From NCBI RefSeq assembly GCF_001194135.2, contig NC_068994.1, positions 1,318,307 through 1,382,306 of the forward strand: a stretch of 64,000 nt of DNA, given 5' to 3'. The position numbers and the translations under genes were made by a program. Positions within the stretch are counted from its first letter, which is position 1; every line of letters starts with the position of its first letter. Source of the DNA: Octopus bimaculoides. Taxonomy: Eukaryota. This document shows, one piece after another, positions 12,441 to 25,985 of this stretch. A model generated the notes under the pieces. The model was not told the DNA's origin. It saw only the letters and a list, made by a program, of their open reading frames with translations, and did not search any database.

Positions 12441-12884
12441 AAAAAGTTGGAGTCAACAAGAAAGAGTACGGTTGCACATTTATTTTTTAATCACTACAAT
12501 TGTTTCCATGCAACGTAGTTCTCCAAGCTTGCAGGTAACTTGGTTATGCAACCATTTCCTTGCATTATGAGATCTGGTTGTGTTTCCTCAGGTGGTATAT
12601 AAATTTGCCCACAAACCTTCAGTGATGACACATCTCTTGATACCTTCAGTGCTACTACTAACTCCAGACCACGACAGAGAGGATGTTCTTGAAGCTGAGA
12701 GTTTTACTTTACAGAAACAACATTTATATACCACCTGAGGAAACACAACTAGATCTCACAATGCAGGGAAACAGGTGCATAATCAAGTATCTGTAAGCCT
12801 GGAGAACTACGTTGCAGAGAAACAATTGTAGTGATTGCAAATAAAAGTCCAGCAGTACTCCTTTTTGTTGACTCCAACTTTTTT
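12441..12884. mobile_element. Inverted-repeat (MITE/foldback-like) element, ~164-bp arms, ~117-bp spacer
   Basis: aaaaagttggagtcaacaag...cctcaggtggtatataaat (12441-12604) is the diverged reverse complement of atttatataccacctgagg...ttgttgactccaactttttt (12722-12884). Confidence 0.8.
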
Positions 12885-13208
12885 AACAATCTATTCACAC
12901 ATGACAGAAGCCCAAAAGCAAACCTGGAAGTATGTATAATACTACTGCTTGATAGCTCTGGGTAAATCTGAAGGTGGACAAACTTTATACTGTACTCTAC
13001 TAAGTTCTTAGGAGAATACAAATGTCTCACTTCATTAATGTGGTGTCTGAAACTAATTTCTCTGGAAACAAACAAACAAACAAAGATTGTCAACAGAACA
13101 AACTTTCTGGTTGTCTGTCTGTATTTCTTTCTTCACAATGAACGTTGTTCATTGACTAAATATATCTGAAAGTCTCTGTGAAATATGTATGTATATATAT
13201 ATACATAC

Positions 13209-13255
<47 letters not shown>

Positions 13256-13308
13256 TATATATATACACATATATATATACATACATACATATATATANNN
13301 NNNNNNNN

Positions 13309-13357
<49 letters not shown>

Positions 13358-15109
13358 TACACATATATACACACACATATATACACACATATATACATAC
13401 AAATATATATACATATATGCACACATACATATATATACATACATATATATTCATACATACATATATATACATATATATATACATACATATATATATACAT
13501 ATATATAAATAAATACACACACACACACACACACACACAGACACACATATATGTAGTCAATTTGAGAATATAAACCTCTCATAGGGATGGTTCCATCCAA
13601 GTTAGGCTGGTTTAATATATTATACTATGAAGAGATATCTCTTTAATAAATATATTATGAATATCAAATATTATTAAGCAAGAAAATGGAGAGATTTAAT
13701 GGATAAAATTAATCTATTAATTATCTAACACTATCCATTAAATCTCTCCATTTTTTGGTTTNNNNNNNNNNNNNNNNNNNNNNNNNNNNNNNNNNNNNNN
13801 NNNNNNNNNNNNNNNNGAAACCATGTGGTTGGGAAACAAACTTCATATCACACAGCCACACCTGTGCCATGCATATGTGTGTGTGTGTCTGTATGTGAAT
13901 ATGTGTGTGCATGAATAAATCAATATATATATATACATACATGCATACATACATATAGAGAGATAGGTAGATAAATATGTGTTATACACAAATATTTGTT
14001 CTTATTTTTATCTGTTGTTTGTGCACCTATAAGTGTGTGTGTATGTATGTGTGTGTGTGATGTAATCTTAGAATGTTGGTACGGTTTGTTGGTGGGTGTA
14101 GTAGTGATGATGGAGGTGTTTATTGTGGTGGTGATGATGATGATATGGATGATGGGAAGTGTATACAAGTAGAAAAGTAGACAGTAAAAACAACAGCATT
14201 TACAACTGCAATAATAATGATGATGATGATGATGATGCTCTTAAACACAATTGTCAATACCAGGAAACTCCAAGATATCGGAATTAGGATAAAATTGTTC
14301 TCCCTGTCAACTTGAAAATGCCCGATTTCAAATTCAACAGAATCTTATTTCTGAGATTTTGGTCTCACACAATATATCGTTGATAATCATTAACAGCACC
14401 CACAGTAAAGTGTTCAACATGTTGTTACTTGAGCTCTCTGATTGAGGACTTGGAGCAGCTCATATAAAACAAAGCAACAATAACATTATTATTATTATTA
14501 TTATTAATAATAATAATCCTTTCTACTATATTAAAGACAATATAAGGATGAAATGTAAACACACAAACAGCAGAACGCAAGCTGTGGGGCCTCCATCAGT
14601 TGTGAAGAGGCTGGCAAAATTACAGGATAAACAAAATGTACCTGAAGAAGAAGAAGAAAATTACCCAACTGTTAGATCATAATAATAATTTCTATAATTT
14701 CCACACAGTTGACAGATGAAGGGATAATAATGGGAGACTGGCAAGGGGACAGTTAAGGGAGCCAGTTGAAGGGACAATTAAAGGAAACAGGTGCTAAAAA
14801 GTGTGGTGCGTGCTTGACAGAAATCAGTTAAATGAATGAGAGGAATATGAAACAAGATCTGAAGGGTGGGGCACCACCACTAGGGGTCATAAAGTAAACC
14901 CCTCAGATCCAGAAATACGTTGATTGACAAGAGTATGTCTCCTTGTCCAGCTGTGATTCCCTGGCCCCTATCATGAAGATAGGTGGGTCTTAACACTGGG
15001 GCCATACATATCTGTTTCTGTACGTTCACTAAGGACAGACAGTACCACGCTCTATATTGTCATCACTCTCTGTACAATGTGATCAACAACAACAACACTG
15101 ATGATGGTA

Positions 15110-15290
15110 TCAAATTTTGGATGAAGGCCAGCAGGTTTTGTTGGTAGGGGTTTAGTTGAGACACTTTGAAAAGCACTTTATTTCATCAGCTATGGGTAGG
15201 ATTTGAACTCAGAATATTAGAAGCTGAAGCAAACACTGCAAAGGACTTTCTCTAACACTCAAGAGATTCTGCAAATCCACCACCTTGATG
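15110..15290 (-). mobile_element. SINE family A, diverged
   Basis: tcaaattttggatgaaggcc...ggatttgaactcagaa...gagattctgc is the reverse of the family A layout. Confidence 0.6.
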
Positions 15291-17266
15291 ATGTCAATGA
15301 TGATGATGATGACAATATGAGGACAATGATGATAAGAATTACAAAATTAATAATGNNNNNNNNNNNNNNNNNNNNNNNNNNNNNNNNNNNNNNNNNNNNN
15401 NNNNNNNNNNNNNNNNNNNNNNNNNNNNNNNNNNNNNNNNNNNNNNNNNNNNNNNNNNNNNNNNNNNNNNNNNNNNNNNNNNNNNNNNNNNNNNNNNNNN
15501 NNNNNNNNNNNNNNNNNNNNNNNNNNNNNNNNNNNNNNNNNNNNNNNNNNNNNNNNNNNNNNNNNNNNNNNNNNNNNNNNNNNNNNNNNNNNNNNNNNNN
15601 NNNNNNNNNNNNNNNNNNNNNNNNNNNNNNNNNNNNNNNNNNNNNNNNNNNNNNNNNNNNNNNNNNNNNNNNNNNNNNNNNNNNNNNNNNNNNNNNNNNN
15701 NNNNNNNNNNNNNNNNNNNNNNNNNNNNNNNNNNNNNNNNNNNNNNNNNNNNNNNNNNNNNNNNNNNNNNNNNNNNNNNNNNNNNNNNNNNNNNNNNNNN
15801 NNNNNNNNNNNNNNNNNNNNNNNNNNNNNNNNNNNNNNNNNNNNNNNNNNNNNNNNNNNNNNNNNNNNNNNNNNNNNNNNNNNNNNNNNNNNNNNNNNNN
15901 NNNNNNNNNNNNNNNNNNNNNNNNNNNNNNNNNNNNNNNNNNNNNNNNNNNNNNNNNNNNNNNNNNNNNNNNNNNNNNNNNNNNNNNNNNNNNNNNNNNN
16001 NNNNNNNNNNNTATATATGTATGTATGTATACTTATGTATATAAGATAGGCAGATAGATAGACAGATAGATAGACAGACACATTTTGTTAGAGCATGTAT
16101 AGATATATATACATGTATGTTATATCCTGATCAGTAATATGAGAATGGTGTAGTTGATGTTGGTGGTGGTGTTAGTAATGGTGGTGGTGGTGATGGTGTC
16201 ATAGACACACATATACACACACACACACACACTATAGACCAGTTTCCGAAAGCCACCCTAGCCTAACTGTGATAAGAACATCCATGCAGTTGTAGTAACA
16301 CAGCTCTCTCCACTCGCTGACTGTTTTTACTGAATGAACAAATCTTCGCATCACACATCACTCACGGCTCACACAGAAGAAACACACACACACACACACA
16401 CATCACTGGACTACCACTCAAATACTCCCTCCCCACACTCTCTCTCTCTCTTATATCTCCATTTCTCACTCAATTATTTCTCCCCCTCTCTCATTGTAGC
16501 TTGCTGTTTCTTTCTCTATCGCTCTCTGTCGCCGTTTTTATGTGCATTTATGCACTTCTGAGCACACATGTGATATGTGTGTGAGTATGTGTGTGAGTGT
16601 TTGTGCATGTACATGTATGTATGAACGTGTGTGTGAATGCATGTGAGTGTATGTTTGTGCATGTATGTGCTCATATGTGTGAGCATGTGTGTGTGTGTGT
16701 CTCCCTCTTTGTGTGTCTAGGTTTGTATGTATATGTGTATATATACAAATATGTAAATGTGTACTTGTCACAATGACTTTGTGTGTGTGTGTGTGTGTGC
16801 ATTTGTTTCTGTGTGTAGGATTATGTGCCAGCACCTGTCTGTGCAGAAGCGTATTTGCACATAGTTGTGTATATCTGGATGTGTGGCCTAAGTTTTTCTA
16901 TGCATATCAAGTGTATATATATGTTTGACTATAAATCTGTGTGCAGGTATGTATATGTATGCATGTATGTATATGTATGCATGTATGTGCATCCTTGTGC
17001 TTGTATTTCGGCACTTGTACTTGTGTGTGTATGTGTATAACTATCTGTGTTTGTCTGTATGCATGCCTCTGTGTGTGTGTGTGTACGTAGAATATTTTTG
17101 CTGCTGTTTACAACCAGACATGTTACGCTTGAGTGTGTGGTTTCAGTGCTATTAGTGAGGTCAAATTGGAACTCACGATGTACAGGCTCACAAAGGGCTT
17201 CCATTCTTGCATATACACAAACACACATACACATATATATACATACACATATACATATATATACAC

Positions 17267-17304
<38 letters not shown>

Positions 17305-18232
17305 NNNNNNNNNNNNNNNNNNNNNNNNNNNNNNNNNNNNNNNNNNNNNNNNNNNNNNNNNNNNNNNNNNNNNNNNNNNNNNNNNNNNNNNNNNNNNNNN
17401 NNNNNNNNNNNNNNNNNNNNNNNNNNNNNNNNNNNNNNNNNNNNNNNNNNNNNNNNNNNNNNNNNNNNNNNNNNNNNNNNNNNNNNNNNNNNNNNNNNNN
17501 NNNNNNNNNNNNNNNNNNNNNNNNNNNNNNNNNNNNNNNNNNNNNNNNNNNNNNNNNNNNNNNNNNNNNNNNNNNNNNNNNNNNNNNNNNNNNNNNNNNN
17601 NNNNNNNNNNNNNNNNNNNNNNNNNNNNNNNNNNNNNNNNNNNNNNNNNNNNNNNNNNNNNNNNNNNNNNNNNNNNNNNNNNNNNNNNNNNNNNNNNNNN
17701 NNNNNNNNNNNNNNNNNNNNNNNNNNNNNNNNNNNNNNNNNNNNNNNNNNNNNNNNNNNNNNNNNNNNNNNNNNNNNNNNNNNNNNNNNNNNNNNNNNNN
17801 NNNNNNNNNNNNNNNNNNNNNNNNNNNNNNNNNNNNNNNNNNNNNNNNNNNNNNNNNNNNNNNNNNNNNNNNNNNNNNNNNNNNNNNNNNNNNNNNNNNN
17901 NNNNNNNNNNNNNNNNNNNNNNNNNNNNNNNNNNNNNNNNNNNNNNNNNNNNNNNNNNNNNNNNNNNNNNNNNNNNNNNNNNNNNNNNNNNNNNNNNNNN
18001 NNNNNNNNNNNNNNNNNNNNNNNNNNNNNNNNNNNNNNNNNNNNNNNNNNNNNNNNNNNNNNNNNNNNNNNNNNNNNNNNNNNNNNNNNNNNNNNNNNNN
18101 NNNNNNNNNNNNNNNNNNNNNNNNNNNNNNNNNNNNNNNNNNNNNNNNNNNNNNNNNNNNNNNNNNNNNNNNNNNNNNNNNNNNNNNNNNNNNNNNNNNN
18201 NNNNNNNNNNNNNNNNNNNNNNNNNNNNNNNN

Positions 18233-18286
<54 letters not shown>

Positions 18287-18294
18287 TACATATA

Positions 18295-18440
18295 CAATGG
18301 GCTTCTTTCAGTTTCCATCTGCCATATCCACTCACAAGATATTGGTTAGCCTGAGTCTATAGTAAAAGACTCTTGCCCAAGGTGCCATCCAATGGGACTG
18401 AACCCGGAACCATGTGGTTCAGAAGCAAGCTACTTACAAT
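18295..18440 (-). mobile_element. SINE family B
   Basis: gggcttctttcagtttcc...cccaaggtgccatccaatgggactgaacccggaaccatgtgg. Confidence 0.85.
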
Positions 18441-19679
18441 GAAAAAGGACATTGTTGAATATTTTTCCACTTGACTGATGCAAAGTTTAGGATTTTGGTG
18501 AAGGTGCAAGCAAAGAAATTGGTGATAATCACCAGTATTTGTAGTTACAAAAATGTAGACATGATCAGTCCTGGTTAGATCCACCCACAATAACTTCCAC
18601 CCATATGATACATCATGGGAATAACAACCTTGACTTGCCATGGGAGACTGGATGAATTCAATATACAATCTTATCTGTTTGGAAGTCAGATTTCATAGCC
18701 ACTTGTCAGAACTATATCGAATCATTGGTGTCACATCTCTTATGTATGTTTTTAGCTTCAAGCTACTGTTAAGGGATTTGAGAAAGGGAGGAGCAAGAGG
18801 GCCATGTTGGCATTGCAGACAATGTCACTATAATGATGTCAGAAAGCATGGGAGTTAAGGTCATCGTCCCTGAACCAAAGGAATGACTACATCCTTTTAT
18901 AGGATGATGGGTGATTGATGGACCAGTTAAGCTCTGTGGGGTCTGGTTCAGCCTGGAATATACTTATGAGCAGGGTGGCCATCACTATTGCAAGCAACTT
19001 CCATTATTGGCTTCTTGTTGTCTTGTTTCAGCTATTAAGATTATCTCAATAACCACCAACACCACCACTACCATGATCACTATCATCACTACCACCATTC
19101 CCACCAACACCCTCATTAGAAGCATCAGAAGCAGCAACACGACCATAGAGGTGCTTCCACCACCTCTATCATTACTGTTGTAGTTTAAAATATTTAATTT
19201 GTTGAAAGATATTTTCCTAATCATTATTAATTTGTTTCTATTTTTTCTATCGATTTTCCATCTACCCCCTCCCCCGCTCCACTACCCATATATGGCCCTC
19301 CCTCCCAACATGCCCACCTCTCCCTAATATATATTTAAGATATCTCACTACTATTACACTTTTTTCAGTGTAAACTTGCACATATACATTCTTGCATACA
19401 CACAGATATATCACACATGCAGAAAGACACACACATCCATCCATTCATACATACATATATACATGGACATATACACATTTTCATAGACATGTACATACAC
19501 ACACATGCAAGCAGATATACTTACATAAACACTCACACAAACTCACATACATATATATACATATACATATACATAGACACATACGAACATATGCATACAT
19601 ACACATACGTATGCATACATACTCATAGTATCTATATACGTATCTATATCTACATACATATGCACACAGCTTTGTGATA

Positions 19680-20230
19680 GAGCTGTTGCTTGTACGCTGT
19701 GTGGCAGTTATCAGCCATATCATCAGCAGCTGACCCAAAATGTCCGCAAGGTACAATGTTCCCATGAGACATGACATTGCTGCCAAAACCATTTATGCTG
19801 CTATCTACAGAGAGGATTGTTCTAGCGGTCATAGAAATGGTACAGCAAAGCCAGAATTTATTCACACCTTTCAAAACAAGAAATAACATTCCAATAAAAA
19901 CAATAATCCATGACAAACACAACAGACCTGATATTGTTAGCAGGGGGGACAGGGAACAAAAGTCATGCACTGTTGTAGAGGTCAATTGTCCAGCAGAAGC
20001 AAATATCAGTTTGTGGAAACAAGAGAACATCTGATGTGAACTTGTGACACAGATTTTGTATCAGGCATACAGATTTTCTTTGGGTATATTGGGCTATGTA
20101 ATAACAGATTTGCAGAAAAGACTCAAAGTGCTGTAGTTTTCCAGGAAAGAACAAATCAAAGTGACTTGCATTCTCCAAATCTAATTGATTAGTGGTGCAC
20201 TGAAGATTTGTAAAGCATTTTGAAGGTTCT
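19680..20230 (+). mobile_element. REL-clade (R4/Dong-like) retrotransposon 3' end: zinc knuckle plus restriction-like endonuclease, decayed
   Basis: CTLCG...HIISS*PKMSARYNVPMRHDIAAKTIY (CCHC then RHD), then HNRPDIVSRGDREQKSCTVVEVNCP (PD-D/ExK); ends ALKICKAFLK. Confidence 0.88.
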
Positions 20231-21377
20231 GTATTTCAGTTTCCTGGAATGAACCTGATATTATCACATCAGTATGTATGCCATAAAATTAGTCATTAGT
20301 GATGAGGAAAATTAATCACAAGAATTAAAACAACTAATTGTCATAGATAAAAATAAATTTAGATTAACTGAATATGGTATACAGTGGCAAGAGTGAGTGA
20401 AAGTAAAGGGGAGCAACTGTGAGCATGTTTATATGTTATTACACCTCATCAGCACAGCAAAATACTGAGTGTTAGGGGAGAACCCCTCCCCATGGACGCT
20501 TGCTGCTTGAAGATTTAATAGTAAAGTGGTACTGTCATACTTGATGGAGTGAGTCACCACAACCAAAACACTACTACTACTGCTGCTGCTACTATTACTA
20601 CTGCTGTTGCTGCTGCTACTACCACTACTACTACTGCCCTTACCACTATGACAACCACCAACAGCATACCAATAGCCTTACCACTGCAACTGTAACAGCA
20701 ATACTACTAACATCCCCACCACCACCACCACCACCACCACCACCANNNNNNNNNNNNNNNNNNNNNNNNNNNNNNNNNNNNNNNNNNNNNNNNNNNNNNN
20801 NNNNNNNNNNNNNNNNNNNNNNNNNNNNNNNNNNNNNNNNNNNNNNNNNNNNNNNNNNNNNNNNNNNNNNNNNNNNNNNNNNNNNNNNNNNNNNNNNNNN
20901 NNNNNNNNNNNNNNNNNNNNNNNNNNNNNNNNNNNNNNNNNNNNNNNNNNNNNNNNNNNNNNNNNNNNNNNNNNNNNNNNNNNNNNNNNNNNNNNNNNNN
21001 NNNNNNNNNNNNNNNNNNNNNNNNNNNNNNNNNNNNNNNNNNNNNNNNNNNNNNNNNNNNNNNNNNNNNNNNNNNNNNNNNNNNNNNNNNNNNNNNNNNN
21101 NNNNNNNNNNNNNNNNNNNNNNNNNNNNNNNNNNNNNNNNNNNNNNNNNNNNNNNNNNNNNNNNNNNNNNNNNNNNNNNNNNNNNNNNNNNNNNNNNNNN
21201 NNNNNNNNNNNNNNNNNNNNNNNNNNNNNNNNNNNNNNNNNNNNNNNNNNNNNNNNNNNNNNNNNNNNNNNNNNNNNNNNNNNNNNNNNNNNNNNNNNNN
21301 NNNNNNNNNNNNNNNNNNNNNNNNNNNNNNNNNNNNNNNNNNNNNNNNNNNNNNNNNNNNNNNNNNNNNNNNNNNNN

Positions 21378-21446
<69 letters not shown>

Positions 21447-22193
21447 ACATATATATATATGTATGTATATGTATATGTATATATATATATATATACAAAT
21501 ATGCATATGTATATGTATATATATTATATATCTTTGTACATCTTCACACAACTTTATACTATTATGTACAACTTTGTGGAACTTTATATATTTTTATATA
21601 TACACTTCTTCATAAATTGTTATAGTTGTTATATATTTTATATATCATTATACTACATATATTCACACACAAACACATGTATATATGTGTCTGTGTGTAT
21701 AAATGGATATCTTTGTACATGTATGCATATATGTGTGTGTATATATGCTCATTCATAGATCTTTATGCATCATTATATGTCTTTATATAACATTCTTTCT
21801 ATATCCATACTTCGTTGTTTCTTCAACGAACCCCACTTCCCCACTTTCTCCACTTCTCTTTAAAGCCATCATTACGTTTTCATTTTTTCTCATTTTCTTT
21901 TCTTTACCACCATCACCACCACCACCACCACTACTATTCACACTATAAGGACATCACCACTTCCCTCACTACTACTACTTCTACCCACAGCATACTAAAG
22001 CATTCTACACTGTTGCGCAACAACCTATACCATTCTACACTTTTATACACAATTCTACATTACTCCGTCTGATTCTTCATAGTTCTATACAATTCTAAAA
22101 CATCTTATACAATTATACATCACTCTGCACTACACACACACACACACACACACATTTATATTTAAGCATATAATTATAAATATATAATTATAA

Positions 22194-22629
22194 TTAAGGG
22201 TGTTGGGGGGACAATGCCAATACACTAGAAGTAGATGTCAAATATCTACAAACCACGCTTAATTTGTTTTCCTAATGATTATATCCTCAATTTATATAAT
22301 TTTGAGTTCCCTACTCATTATATTTGTTCTGGTACTCTTCTGACAATAACCGCATGGCTGAGAGGGACGATTAGATATAATGTATGTGTGAGAAATGTAT
22401 GTATTTATTGGTATCTATATATATTTTTCATTTATATACTGAAGATTGTAAAGTAATTTTTATTACAAAACACGAAATCTTAAGATATAGTGTTGTCCAA
22501 AATTCTATAAATCTTCTGTCCATTTCCTCACATTCGGCCTTGTGCAAAACAAAAAACAAATTTAGAGTGGTTTGTAGACATTTGACATCAACTTCTAGAG
22601 TACTGGCGTTGTCCCTCCAATTCCCTTAA
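22194..22629. mobile_element. Kolobok-like MITE (TTAA TSD, GG...CC termini, ~75-bp TIRs)
   Basis: TTAA|gggtgttggggggacaatgccaatacactagaagtagatgtcaaatatctacaaaccac ... gtggtttgtagacatttgacatcaacttctagagtactggcgttgtccctccaattccc|TTAA. Confidence 0.8.
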
Positions 22630-22679
22630 TTATACACACAGTCTTCTTGAGCAGAATTAACACTGACTTAGTTCTGTCT

Positions 22680-22870
22680 GTCCAAAAAGCCAGTATAGTT
22701 TTAAGTCAGGTCAAGGGTCAATGGATATGATATTCAGTTTGTGGCAAGTTCAGGAGAAGGCCCAGGAGTACAATAAAGGCCTCTATGTAGTATTTGTTGA
22801 CCTCGCAAAAGCCTTTGGCTCAGTATATAGGCAGGCTTTGTGGAAAGTATTAGCAAAACTTGAGATTCAC
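22680..22870 (+). mobile_element. RTE-type LINE reverse-transcriptase fragment
   Basis: DMIFSLWQVQEKAQEYNKGLYVVFVDLAKAFGSVYRQALWKVLAKLEI (FVDLxKAFD motif). Confidence 0.88.
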
Positions 22871-23089
22871 AAGCATTATCCTGGAAATGTGTGGAATATC
22901 TGGTAGAGAGGCTTTCTTGATCAAATCTCAAATGTAATGCTGTGGACACAACCTTTGCATGAAGAGTGGTCAAATACAAAAACAGATCTTTTATGGTCAG
23001 CTTGTAAATTCACTCTGCAATGTGGACTGATTAAAAGATAACTTGAAATGCTTGAGAATTAGGAAAGAAAACTTGGAGAATCTTGTAAG

Positions 23090-23330
23090 AAACCATGCAA
23101 ACTGGTGGAGAAGAGAGCATTTTTCCAGTTTCAAAATTTCAAAACCTGAAGTGTACAGCATCAAGAGCATTTATGGGAAAACAAGAAGAGAAACTAACAG
23201 AACAACAGTCTTGCAGCAAATCACCATTGTCCAGATGGTGATTTCTTAGCAAGATCACCTGCTGGTATGATGAATCATGTCGATATCCATATTAGTTTTG
23301 GTAGCCTGAGGACTGACATGAGGAGGAGTC
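23090..23330 (+). mobile_element. Possible decayed LINE apurinic-endonuclease fragment
   Basis: Weak tWx..nxIDyiL-like signal (aagatcacctgctgg...aatcatgtcgatatccatattag). Confidence 0.3.
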
Positions 23331-23624
23331 ATCAGGTGAAGTGAATGAATCGTAAACATTGTTGAATAGTAATAAGAATGTGTGTTGTTGATTGTCTTTA
23401 TTTGGTTGTTTTTCTTTTCTGTTTTCTCACTGAACTCTCATACGTTGTCTTCGTTGGAAGAGTGCACCGCATACACAGGCAGTGCTGAGTAGTTAAGAAG
23501 TTTGTTTCCCAACCACATCTTTCTGGTTCAGAATGGTAGTGTTCATGACCTTTTATTTTTAAGGGTTTCTGAGTAGAATGAAGTGAGAACACCTGGCTGA
23601 AATGCTTGCAAGAAAGTGGACTCC

Positions 23625-23910
23625 ACTATAGGTACCCCAGGACCAGGTGGCAGAGTTAAGATGAATAACAATAGAGTTGACTTGAATAAAGGTCTCCAGA
23701 GGCTATGTTAAACAAGGTGACAACAGGATAGACTAAAAGTACCCAGGGACCAGGTGGTGGTGTTAAACTCGGAGGCAACAGATTGAACTCTGCTAAAGGT
23801 ACCCAAGGATCAGATGGTTATGTTAAACTGGACTCACTAAGGGTATTCAAGGACCAAGAGGTCGTATTAAATCAGAAGATGTATTAAATGTACTACCCAA
23901 GGACTTGGAC
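23625..23910. repeat. Degenerate minisatellite, ggtaccc(a/c)(a/g)ggaccaggtgg...gttaaact units
   Basis: Related units near 23630, 23738, 23797, 23841 and 23891. Confidence 0.6.
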
Positions 23911-25174
23911 CGAAAACAACTGTAACAAATACCACAAGGTATCCATCCCACCCTCTATCAATTCACTTGCCTTGGATTGGTTCTGTTTTATTGATCCTCA
24001 AAGGAAAAATGTAACACTAACCTAACCAGGAATTGAACTCAAAGATATTTGAGATTTAACAGATAATGAAGGTGGTGGGCTTTAAATCTGTTGATAATAA
24101 TAGACACTGAGGTAAGATCCCACCAGCATAGATAATCTCAGCAACTGTTTGAAGGTGAAAGTGAACAAACTTGAGGAGAAGAAGAGAAGAGTGGAAATAT
24201 TTAGCAAATACAAAAATAACATAAAAAAAAACAATAAAAAAACATCCCAAAACAGTGATTATGAAGCCAGTATCCCAAGATATACTCTCTGTTCTATATT
24301 CCTTATCACTGGAATAACCATTTATGTTCCGACACACTGCATTCAAAATATAGGTGAACTTGGCTCCTTGCAGAAAGAACATTCCATTGTAATTCATGTT
24401 ACAAGATTATTGTATCTGGAGCAAGGAAAGTTTCCTGCAGATTTAAATGTTAAATGTTTCCAGAGGAGAAAATGAAAAAGAAATAAAAAACAGGAAAAGA
24501 TTCCATTATATTTGTTTATTTGTTATTTGTTTATTTTGCAATTATTTGTTTGTTCAGATTTATTTATTTTATTTATATCTTATATTATTTTATTTGCAAT
24601 CTTGTAACCAAGTTGGTGACTTGATCAGATAATGCACGTGCACCCCCCACCCCACCACCACACATACTCGTACATACATACATGCACACATACATATACA
24701 TGCATGCACACACAGATGCATGCACATGCACTCATTAAACACTTTGCTGCATTTTGTTCCATCTCTTGAAATTCTAAATACAAACCTTGCTAAGACCAAC
24801 TTCGTTATGTATTCCTGGGTGCCCTGGAAATTATAGAATGCCAAAATAAGTCCTTGGGTCAACTATATCAGCTAAAACCCCTTGACACAATCTTCAAGTC
24901 CCTAAGCCTCTGTTAAAATCAATATTAAATATAAAATATAGTAATTATTTTCAGTATGCTTATAATTAGTATTAATTTATTAAGAAATCTAATTAGTTAC
25001 TATTGTCCAATATTGTCCGTAGCACTTTTTCTGATTACTAAAAAATTTGCAAGGTTTGAGATGACTTTGTGCATCTGATGAGGTTTAATAAGGTGGAAAT
25101 ATGTCCACTGACAAGAAGAGATTTTTTTTCCTCTAAATATGAAAATAAATAATTTACTATAAAATTGAGAAAGT

Positions 25175-25400
25175 GGGTGGCTTGGGTATTGCACTTCCAA
25201 TCACAAGGCATGGTTTCAATTCCAGAACTGGGCAGGCAGTGTGCTGAGTTCTTGAGCAAAATATTTCATTCCATGTTGTCCATTCAGCTGTACATGAGTT
25301 ATCCTGCAATGGATTAGCATCCTGTCCAGGGGTATGTTATGATCTTGGTCACTTATATATTCTGGAAACTGGGAAAATGGCCACTGTGAACCCTTGGAGT
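25175..25400 (+). mobile_element. tRNA-headed SINE with V-SINE-like core
   Basis: ggtttcaattcc B-box-like motif; cctgcaatggattagcatcctgtccagggg resembles the V-domain CCTGCGATGGACTGGCATCCCGTCCAGGG. Confidence 0.55.
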
Positions 25401-25477
25401 AAAATCTTAATTGCTTGAAATTACCTACGCACTGACCACTTGGTAAAAATCATTAATGAGTTTTACCCTTTATTATG

Positions 25478-25528
<51 letters not shown>

Positions 25529-25539
25529 GCGTGTGTGTC

Positions 25540-25790
25540 CCATGCTGGTGGCACGTAAAAAGCACCATTTGAGCCTGGTCATTGCCAGTACTGCCTGACT
25601 GGCCCTCATGCCAGTAGTATGTAAAAAGCACCCACTACACTCTTGGAGTGGTTGGCATTAGGAAAGGCGTCCAACTGTAGAAACTTTACCAGGTCAGATT
25701 AGAGCCTGGTGCAGCCTTTTGGCTCGTCAATCCTCAGTCAAACCATCCAACCCATGCCAGCATGGAAAGTGGACATTAAACGATGATGAT
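25540..25790 (+). mobile_element. RTE 3'UTR copy (sense) with (GAT)n tail
   Basis: ggtggcacgtaaaaagcacc...ggttggcattaggaaaggcgtccaactg...catggaaagtggacattaaacgatgatgat. Confidence 0.87.
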
Positions 25791-25844
25791 ATATATACAC
25801 ACACATATATATATATATATGTTTGTATGCATGCATGTACGCTG

Positions 25845-25985
25845 GTCTTTCAGTATTTGTCTACCAAATCCACAAGTGTTTGGTCGGCCCGAGGTAATAG
25901 CAGAAGACTCCTGCCCAAGGTGTCACAGAGTAGGAGTAAACCCAGAACCTTGTGGTTGGGAAGCAAGCTTCTTACTACACACCGA
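25845..25985 (-). mobile_element. SINE family B
   Basis: tctaccaaatccacaagtgtttggtcggcccgagg...cccaaggtg...tggttgggaagcaagcttcttac. Confidence 0.8.

Noticed and set aside
12730-12775. CTGAGGA...GAAAC in the 12.4-kb inverted repeat as a hammerhead
   Set aside because: No stem II and no GUH triplet
4947-18362. Long ORFs of 240-470 aa in the ORF track
   Set aside because: They only span N-runs and (TA)/(CA) microsatellites
24063-24111. Exon-like AG...GAG|GTAAGA segment
   Set aside because: Stops in all three frames and no supporting context
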